The notes under the pieces were generated by a model that ran no database searches, was not told the DNA's origin, and saw only the letters and a list, made by a program, of their open reading frames with translations. Source: a candidate division WOR-3 bacterium (GTDB lineage: Bacteria > Hydrothermota > Hydrothermia > LBFQ01). From it: 64,000 bases of DNA. Positions 58,330-64,000 of the stretch are shown here, piece by piece (within the stretch, counting starts at the first letter, position 1; the number at the start of each line of letters is the position of its first letter). The position numbers were made by a program, and so were the translations under genes. The DNA is taken from NCBI GenBank assembly GCA_027003075.1, contig JALWYV010000010.1:3900-67899 (forward strand). Reading direction: 5' to 3'.

Positions 58330-59139
58330 ATGCTTGTTGTTTTGCTCTTTGACCTCGGTTATCCGGATGGTATAGTCATGTACAACGAAGAAGAGGGGAG
58401 GATATGCATAGACTGTGCAGCCCTATGGCGTATAAACAGAGAAGACACCCTCTTTAAGAAGTACTGCGACACTCCATATGCTGATCAGAAATATTCTCAT
58501 ATGAAAAGATACGCCAAGTGCGTGAATACGAAAAGGAAGGGGAGAATAAATCCTCCACCCCTTCCCGAACCTCCCCCCGGCGTGGAGTGGTATCAGTTTC
58601 CGTCAGTTGGGGAACTCCCCTTTGATCTGAAGGTCCTCTCTACGAAGTACATACCGGACACGCCTACGACCTACAAACGGATGTACGGGGACGGGGACGT
58701 GTTCGTTGTAAAGAACCCTCACGACACGAGCGTGTACGTTTTGCTGGAGTGGAAGAGGGTAGAAGAGATTGAGCCTCTGGTTAGGGAGTACTGGTACGGA
58801 GACGTAGAAGAGATCTTCTTCTCGGTGAGGATTCAGCCACCTTTGAAACCTCTGCAAGAAAAGAAGAACGAGCGCATAGTTCTGTTCTTCTTTATGCCGG
58901 ACCTTCCCCTTATTGATTCGCTTCCTCCGGAGGTCGTCAGGTACGACCATCAACGGCTGCTAAGGATGGTGAAGCGCACAACATGCAGTAGCGACTCCTC
59001 CTGTGAGATCAGGGCGAGGTTCGTTCGGAGTGAGACAGGGTATATAGATGGGGCAACGAAACCCACGGCGTCCGTTGAGTTCTTCCTTGCTCAGCACGAT
59101 AGTGTTGTGGTATACATTTCGCCTATATACGGGAGGTAG
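58330..59139 (+). CDS. Hypothetical protein, family 'A' (paralog of 60291..61103); no recognisable domain
   Basis: 269 aa. A conserved N-terminal segment LLFDLGYPD...ALWRxNREDTLFKKYCD, a Pro-rich linker PPPLPEPPPGVEWYQ, and a C-terminal ~170-aa domain ending HDSVVVYISPIYGR. Preceded by aacaaggaggtaggtATG. Confidence 0.55.
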   Translation: MLVVLLFDLGYPDGIVMYNEEEGRICIDCAALWRINREDTLFKKYCDTPYADQKYSHMKRYAKCVNTKRKGRINPPPLPEPPPGVEWYQFPSVGELPFDLKVLSTKYIPDTPTTYKRMYGDGDVFVVKNPHDTSVYVLLEWKRVEEIEPLVREYWYGDVEEIFFSVRIQPPLKPLQEKKNERIVLFFFMPDLPLIDSLPPEVVRYDHQRLLRMVKRTTCSSDSSCEIRARFVRSETGYIDGATKPTASVEFFLAQHDSVVVYISPIYGR

Positions 59140-59167
59140 AAAACTATGGCATTTAACGATCATATGC

Positions 59168-59202
59168 TTGACAAAATATGTATTATATCACATTATTGTA
59201 TA
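59168..59202 (+). promoter_or_regulatory. Candidate promoter (TTGACA -17 nt- CATTAT, also an overlapping TATAAT) that would give a leaderless transcript starting at ATG 59203
   Basis: Hexamers read directly in AT-rich sequence preceding the lipoprotein gene. Confidence 0.25.
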
Positions 59203-60273
59203 ATGATTAGATCTAAAGTGTTGAGCATTTTAGGTCTGGTCTCAATAGCGTTTTTGCTCATCAGGTGTAAGCAACCTCCCGAATCCGATGGTCTGGGTAC
59301 TATTTTCTGGACAGCGTATAGCGGCTTAAGGGTGATGCAGCCTCCGGCTATAGGGAAAAACGGATACGCCTACGTTGTGGGAGTAAATGGTGAGATATGC
59401 TATTACAATATGTTTGGCAAGAACGTTGGGTGTAACGATACACCGAAGAGGAGAGGGGAACGTATATTTGCCGCACCCGTGATCTGGTGGAACGGGGACG
59501 GAAGGATTATGGTCGTTACCGACCGAGGAACAGTCTACGCTTTCGGCAAGTATGTACCTTCTATCATTTGGAAAACCACTTTAGACGTTCCGGTGTATAA
59601 TACACCGGCAGTGTATGGGGACAGCACCATGTATATAACGGCTAACAGGTACGTTTTCCGCTTGAACGTAAGGAGTGGTGAAGTACTATTCAGAAAGGAG
59701 ATCTGCGAATCTTATGACCCCTCGGTCGGCTCCGAAGGGACGGTGTATTTAGCGTGCAAGGATGGGAACGTCGTTGCTATGGGTGTAGAAGGGAAAATTA
59801 AGTGGAAGGTCAATCTTGGAAAGCGTATCGTGGGGAGGGTTATTCTGGATGGGGACAGTGTAAGGACAGATCGCCTGCTCATTCCCGTGGAGGGTGGGGA
59901 GCTGTACGTTCTCAGTAGCAGTGGGCGGGTAGAGGGTGTATCCGAATATTACGGTAGCGAGATATTCGTGGATAGGGAGGGAAACGTATATTCGGAATGG
60001 CAGGCCATAGGGTTGGGAAGGGACGTTGTACTGGTGCATGATGGTACCCAGATCAGGTTGGTTGACAGGTTCAGTGGTGCCGATGTCTGGGTGTATAAGC
60101 TTCCATTTGATGGGGCGAGAAGGGTTTTTGCCAATATGGGGTTTGGGAAGTTGTGGCTTGTTAGTGAGGATGGGAGGCTGGCGATGTTGAGCCTGAACTT
60201 TAACTACGACAACACGTGGTGGGGGGTAAGGCATCATGATAGGGCTAACAGTGGATGTCCTTGCGACCCGTAG
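59203..60273 (+). CDS. Secreted PQQ-like beta-propeller lipoprotein (BamB-like fold)
   Basis: Start taken at MIRSKVLSILGLVSIAFLLIRC (lipobox). Repeated ...GTVYAFG..., ...GEVLFRKEI... and ...GNVVAMGVEGKIKWKVNL... blades. Confidence 0.55.
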   Translation: MIRSKVLSILGLVSIAFLLIRCKQPPESDGLGTIFWTAYSGLRVMQPPAIGKNGYAYVVGVNGEICYYNMFGKNVGCNDTPKRRGERIFAAPVIWWNGDGRIMVVTDRGTVYAFGKYVPSIIWKTTLDVPVYNTPAVYGDSTMYITANRYVFRLNVRSGEVLFRKEICESYDPSVGSEGTVYLACKDGNVVAMGVEGKIKWKVNLGKRIVGRVILDGDSVRTDRLLIPVEGGELYVLSSSGRVEGVSEYYGSEIFVDREGNVYSEWQAIGLGRDVVLVHDGTQIRLVDRFSGADVWVYKLPFDGARRVFANMGFGKLWLVSEDGRLAMLSLNFNYDNTWWGVRHHDRANSGCPCDP

Positions 60274-60290
60274 AAAACAAGGAGGTAGGT

Positions 60291-61103
60291 ATGTTTGTTA
60301 CTTTGCTCTTTGACCTCGGTTATCCGGATCATATAGTGAGGTACTACGAAAATTCGGGGATGTGGATTAACTGCAGTGCTTTGTGGCGTATGAACAGGGA
60401 AGATACCCTTTTCAAGAAGTACTGCGACGAGAGCGACACCGTTGGAGCGAGTAGCGTGTTCGTACCAACGAGACCGCGATCAAACGTTCCTCCGCCTCCC
60501 GAGCCCCCTCCCGGTGTGGAATGGTACCAGTATCCGGATTTTCAGGCAAGGAGGGAAATACCCTTTGAGTTCAGGGTCCTCTCTACGAAGTACATACCGG
60601 ACACGCCTACGACCTACAAGCAGATGTACGGGGACGGGGACGTGTTCGTCATAAAGAACCCTCACGACACGAGCGTGTACGTATCGCTGGTATGGATGCG
60701 GGTTGACGAACTTGAGCCTCTAATAAGAGAGTACTGGTACGGGGACGTAAAGGAGATCTTCTTCTCGGTAAAGATACAGCCGCCCCTGAAGTTCCCGGAG
60801 GATAAGAGGAGAAGGATAGAGATAGATAGCGCCCTCATAAGTTTGGTCTTCTACCTTCCGGATCTTCCGCGCATAGACTCGCTCCTTAGCCTGGGCGATC
60901 AGGTATGGATTGACTTTCAAACCCCCCTCAGGATGATACGATTGTTCCGATGCATGGACAGTTCCGGCTGTGCTATGAGGGTGACACATGACGTCAGGAC
61001 GGGTCATATAGATGGAGTGATGAAACCCACGGCGTCCGTTGGGTTCATCCTCGCCCCGCACGATAGTGTCGTGGTCTACGTTTCGCCTATATACGGGAGG
61101 TAA
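60291..61103 (+). CDS. Hypothetical protein, family 'A' paralog 2
   Basis: Start at MFVTLLFDLGYPD..., preceded by the same aacaaggaggtaggtATG as paralog 1. Conserved blocks with 58330..59139 throughout and the same C-terminus ...HDSVVVYVSPIYGR. Confidence 0.55.
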   Translation: MFVTLLFDLGYPDHIVRYYENSGMWINCSALWRMNREDTLFKKYCDESDTVGASSVFVPTRPRSNVPPPPEPPPGVEWYQYPDFQARREIPFEFRVLSTKYIPDTPTTYKQMYGDGDVFVIKNPHDTSVYVSLVWMRVDELEPLIREYWYGDVKEIFFSVKIQPPLKFPEDKRRRIEIDSALISLVFYLPDLPRIDSLLSLGDQVWIDFQTPLRMIRLFRCMDSSGCAMRVTHDVRTGHIDGVMKPTASVGFILAPHDSVVVYVSPIYGR

Positions 61104-61106
61104 GAG

Positions 61107-62585
61107 ATGGTGTTACTAATCCTGAGTATCTTTGTTACTGAAGTACGTCCGAGTCCTCATAAAAAAGCTGAAACTGAGGTAGCTGTAGATAGAATAACTG
61201 GAGTAGTAGCCGTGACGTATATGAACATAGACACAAAAGAAGTGGAGGTGGTTGGAAGCCGCAACCTTGGTAGAGATACCTTCTATTTCTATAAGTTTAG
61301 AGTTATACCAAGGAACCCTGATAGCTGTAAAATAGGGGATCCGGCTATAGTCTGGAGTGGTAAACCTGATACTTTCTTCCTTGTGTCCGTTGAATACTGC
61401 CCGGATCCTCAAAATCCTTATGGGAGCGAAGTCATGTTTTGTGTAATTTCTATGGAAAGAGATAGTGCGGGAGATTGTGAGTACGTGGATTACGAATCCT
61501 ACTGGAACTTTAAAGACAGGCCCGATGTAGTAGTAACGTTCCCCGGAAAAGCTTGGGTATCGTTTGTAAAGGCTCATTCGCCGTATGGTGATATATCAGC
61601 TTATGTCTACGAGCGATTAGGACCATCATCTTGGATGTTAAGATATATAACTCCTTCCCTTATGAGAACAACCGTTGCTCTCCTTTCCGCGGAAGTGTGT
61701 CAAACAAGGAAAGGACCAGCTGTAGATATATGGCTAGCTTACGACAATGTCAGAGATCTTTATAGGCCGTATATTTATGTTGATAAAAGCTGGGATAGTG
61801 GCCGGACCTGGATAGGATATAAAGATTTTATAACCTACAGCAACCCGACAGGTGATCTGACGTGTATGATTCCTAGAGCCCACAAAAAACTCAAGAGCTT
61901 TTATGCATGCAATGGAGCCTGTGACGTGGTGATAGGGTATGTGACGCCTGATCCTTCAGATCCAAATAGGTGCTGGTCCAATATAGCGTACACCATAAAG
62001 GGTGATACGACAGCTTTCTGGAACATAGCCCATATAAACCCGGTATATGATATGGATATTATGCCAGCGGTGAAGGTGGATAGAGATGGGAACATTTATG
62101 TATTGACCATGCATGGGCTTGTGACATGGAAACCATGGCTGTACACGATTAGCCCCGGCTCACTATCTCCCAGTCGCGTCGGTGGGGATGTACGAACTTT
62201 AACTCCGCCCTTTAGTGTCATATATGGTAATGAGATGCATATAAACCCACTCTACGGTTTTCTAGACTATATAGGTTTAGATTTGGACAATGAAGGCTAT
62301 TTTTACGCTACCTGGACAGGTGCCGACGCTCCGGGACAACCTACAAAGATATACTTCGCTACCAATAAAGACACTTCCACGCTCTCTTCCTCCCCTCAGC
62401 CTATCAACACCGTATTCAAATCCAGAGAATCTGTAGATCTACCTCCCGGAACGTACGTTTACGATGCCCTTGGACGGAGAGTTGCCGTTGTAGGCAACAG
62501 AAAAGTCTTTCTGAAACCGGGAGTGTACTTCGCTAAAAGGGGCAGCAAGGTGCTTAAATTTCTCGTAATAGGAGGTAAGAGATGA
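61107..62585 (+). CDS. BNR/Asp-box (sialidase-like beta-propeller) protein with a T9SS C-terminal sorting domain
   Basis: 492 aa. Asp-box SWDSGRTW. CTD-like end ...LPPGTYVYDALGRRVAVVGNRKVFLKPGVYFAKRGSKVLKFLVIGGKR. GC is lower than the backbone. Confidence 0.5.
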   Translation: MVLLILSIFVTEVRPSPHKKAETEVAVDRITGVVAVTYMNIDTKEVEVVGSRNLGRDTFYFYKFRVIPRNPDSCKIGDPAIVWSGKPDTFFLVSVEYCPDPQNPYGSEVMFCVISMERDSAGDCEYVDYESYWNFKDRPDVVVTFPGKAWVSFVKAHSPYGDISAYVYERLGPSSWMLRYITPSLMRTTVALLSAEVCQTRKGPAVDIWLAYDNVRDLYRPYIYVDKSWDSGRTWIGYKDFITYSNPTGDLTCMIPRAHKKLKSFYACNGACDVVIGYVTPDPSDPNRCWSNIAYTIKGDTTAFWNIAHINPVYDMDIMPAVKVDRDGNIYVLTMHGLVTWKPWLYTISPGSLSPSRVGGDVRTLTPPFSVIYGNEMHINPLYGFLDYIGLDLDNEGYFYATWTGADAPGQPTKIYFATNKDTSTLSSSPQPINTVFKSRESVDLPPGTYVYDALGRRVAVVGNRKVFLKPGVYFAKRGSKVLKFLVIGGKR

Positions 62586-63772
62586 AAAAAACACTTTTGT
62601 TTCTGCCCCTGCTTTTGCTCCTCTCCTGCAGGGAGGAAGTTTACGAGGATGGTGAGGTACTGTGGAGCATAACGTTGAGGGGGCCAATACGGGGGGTCCC
62701 AGCCTACCACGACGGCGTCATATACGTGGGCAGCGACTGGAACCGTCTCTTTGCGATTGAGGAGGATGGGTATCCCATCCTGTGGCAGAGGGTACACGGA
62801 GACTTCACGGGGGCGCCCGTGGTGTGGGAGGACGGCACCGTAACCGCCACCGACTGGTGGGGCAACATGTACACCTACGATCTCAAGGGCAATCTCGTAT
62901 GGGGAAAAACGGAGGGGGCTTGGAACGAGTACCCGGCCCTGTATGGAGAAAAGATCATCGCCATACATGAGGTTGACACGGCAATCACGACTCTGGAGTG
63001 GATAAACAGAGATGGAAACGTGGGGAGGGTGGATACCTTCCCGTCGGGAACCGGAGCTTTGGGTAAAGCCAACGTGATCGTTAGATCCGATGGCACGGTC
63101 GTGGTGTCATCCGCACTTTATGATGTCATTTTCAAAATCTACGAGGACGGAAACATAGTAAAGTACACCGTCCCCGGACTCGTGGGCCATGCATCTACAG
63201 ACGACGAAGCCATCTACGCCGTAACGACCGGGAGCATGGGAACCTACCTTGAGAAGATCGGACCGGAGAGTTGGGATTACGTTAAGATAAACGAAGACAC
63301 GTATCCAATAGACTTCACCGCCGCCCAGCCGATTATAGACAGCCGCGGTAGGGTTATAGTACTTACGGACAAAGGCCTTTACGTTTTCACGAAGGGACTC
63401 TACCCTCTGTGGTCCTACCCCCTATCCTCCTGCAGGAAGTTCAGAAGTTGCGGTGTTATGATGCCTACTCCCGTGGTCGGTAGATCCGGGAACGTTTACT
63501 TCGCCTGCGGCTCCAATCTCATGGCCGTATCTGAAGATGGACGACTTTTGTGGTTTAAAGATTTCTCAGAGGATACCGTAAAGGTTGAGAGCAACTACTC
63601 TGAAATTAGCGGCCTCCTCCTCATAGACAACCGCCTGATAGTCACCTCCTGCAACGGCAAAATTTACTCCCTGTACGTCAACGACACCTACGACTACGAT
63701 GCACCGTGGCCCATGTTTCAGGCTAATCCGAGGAGAACGGGGAAGGTGAGGGTTCCCTTTAACTTCCCGTAG
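62582..63772 (+). CDS. Secreted PQQ-like beta-propeller lipoprotein with a C-terminal WPMFxxNPxRTG motif
   Basis: Signal peptide with lipobox (LLLLLSCRE). PQQ-type repeats. The terminal YDAPWPMFQANPRRTGKV is typical of PQQ-like-domain outer-membrane proteins. Confidence 0.6.
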   Translation: MKKTLLFLPLLLLLSCREEVYEDGEVLWSITLRGPIRGVPAYHDGVIYVGSDWNRLFAIEEDGYPILWQRVHGDFTGAPVVWEDGTVTATDWWGNMYTYDLKGNLVWGKTEGAWNEYPALYGEKIIAIHEVDTAITTLEWINRDGNVGRVDTFPSGTGALGKANVIVRSDGTVVVSSALYDVIFKIYEDGNIVKYTVPGLVGHASTDDEAIYAVTTGSMGTYLEKIGPESWDYVKINEDTYPIDFTAAQPIIDSRGRVIVLTDKGLYVFTKGLYPLWSYPLSSCRKFRSCGVMMPTPVVGRSGNVYFACGSNLMAVSEDGRLLWFKDFSEDTVKVESNYSEISGLLLIDNRLIVTSCNGKIYSLYVNDTYDYDAPWPMFQANPRRTGKVRVPFNFP

Positions 63773-63777
63773 GACCT

Positions 63778-64000
63778 TCAAAGACCCAGCTCAAGTTCCC
63801 TTATGAACCTCAGGTTCTCCCTCCACTTCTTCTTTACCTTCACCCACAGTTCCAGATAAACCTTCCTGCCCAGAAGGGCCTCTATCTGCTTTCGGGCTTC
63901 TATACCGATTCGTTTTATGGCCCTCCCCTTACGACCTATTATTATGGCCTTCTGGGACGGCCTCTCAACGTATATGACGGCGCGGATGTAGATGGGCTTG
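63778..64000 (-). CDS. era: GTPase Era, C-terminal KH-domain end; gene runs off the right edge
   Basis: Hand translation of the minus strand gives ...[73 protein letters not shown], the canonical Era KH-domain C-terminus. The ORF track omits it because it is cut by the window edge. Confidence 0.8.
   Translation of the reverse strand, partial: KPIYIRAVIYVERPSQKAIIIGRKGRAIKRIGIEARKQIEALLGRKVYLELWVKVKKKWRENLRFIRELELGL

Overview
This window reads as a GC-rich (roughly 55-60% GC) chromosomal segment from a thermophile-style diderm bacterium. Codon usage is AGG/AGA-Arg, ATA-Ile and AAG-Lys rich. Envelope genes lpxD, lptA-like, mlaD-like, bamD-like and murJ are present. At least six proteins end in a Por/T9SS-type C-terminal sorting domain, which fits an FCB-group-like (Bacteroidota/Ignavibacteria/Kryptonia-like) lineage; that placement is inference only. 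The backbone is housekeeping: trmFO, nth, murJ, sufD-like, nadD, pheS, rplT, lpxD, hslO, trmI, ftsH, PBP2, pstS, pstC, phoU, lysS and era.

Several accessory insertions sit in this backbone:
(1) A sharply AT-rich ~2 kb islet (33830-35790) carries a single OLD-family nuclease gene with an N-terminal ABC-type ATPase and a C-terminal TOPRIM domain. It is wedged between the PBP2 gene and a porin gene that has lost its signal peptide. This is the strongest defence-island candidate in the window.
(2) A small orphan CRISPR array (4 repeats plus a degenerate terminal repeat, 29-nt repeat, 37-38-nt spacers) lies between nth and murJ. No cas genes are in the window.
(3) Three tandem Uma2 (DUF820, PD-(D/E)xK) nuclease paralogs.
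(4) A 5.4 kb cassette downstream of pstC (58330-63772) is built from a duplicated module: an unknown ~270-aa protein followed by a secreted PQQ-like beta-propeller lipoprotein. The second module carries an extra BNR/Asp-box protein with a T9SS C-terminal domain (CTD). The unknown-protein paralogs share a near-identical ribosome-binding site and 5' end.
(5) Two adjacent T9SS cargo genes (LVIVD-repeat and FG-GAP/VCBS-repeat) have atypical codon usage and a ~94%-identical 200-bp CTD duplication.
(6) A secreted-protein gene is split by a perfect 26-bp tandem duplication.
(7) nadD is fused to an RNase H domain.

The ORF track omits ORFs that run off the window edges. Hand translation shows a DUF2207-like membrane protein on the minus strand at 1-1776 and the C-terminus of era at 63778-64000. 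Many long antisense ORFs in the track are GC-driven artefacts and were rejected.
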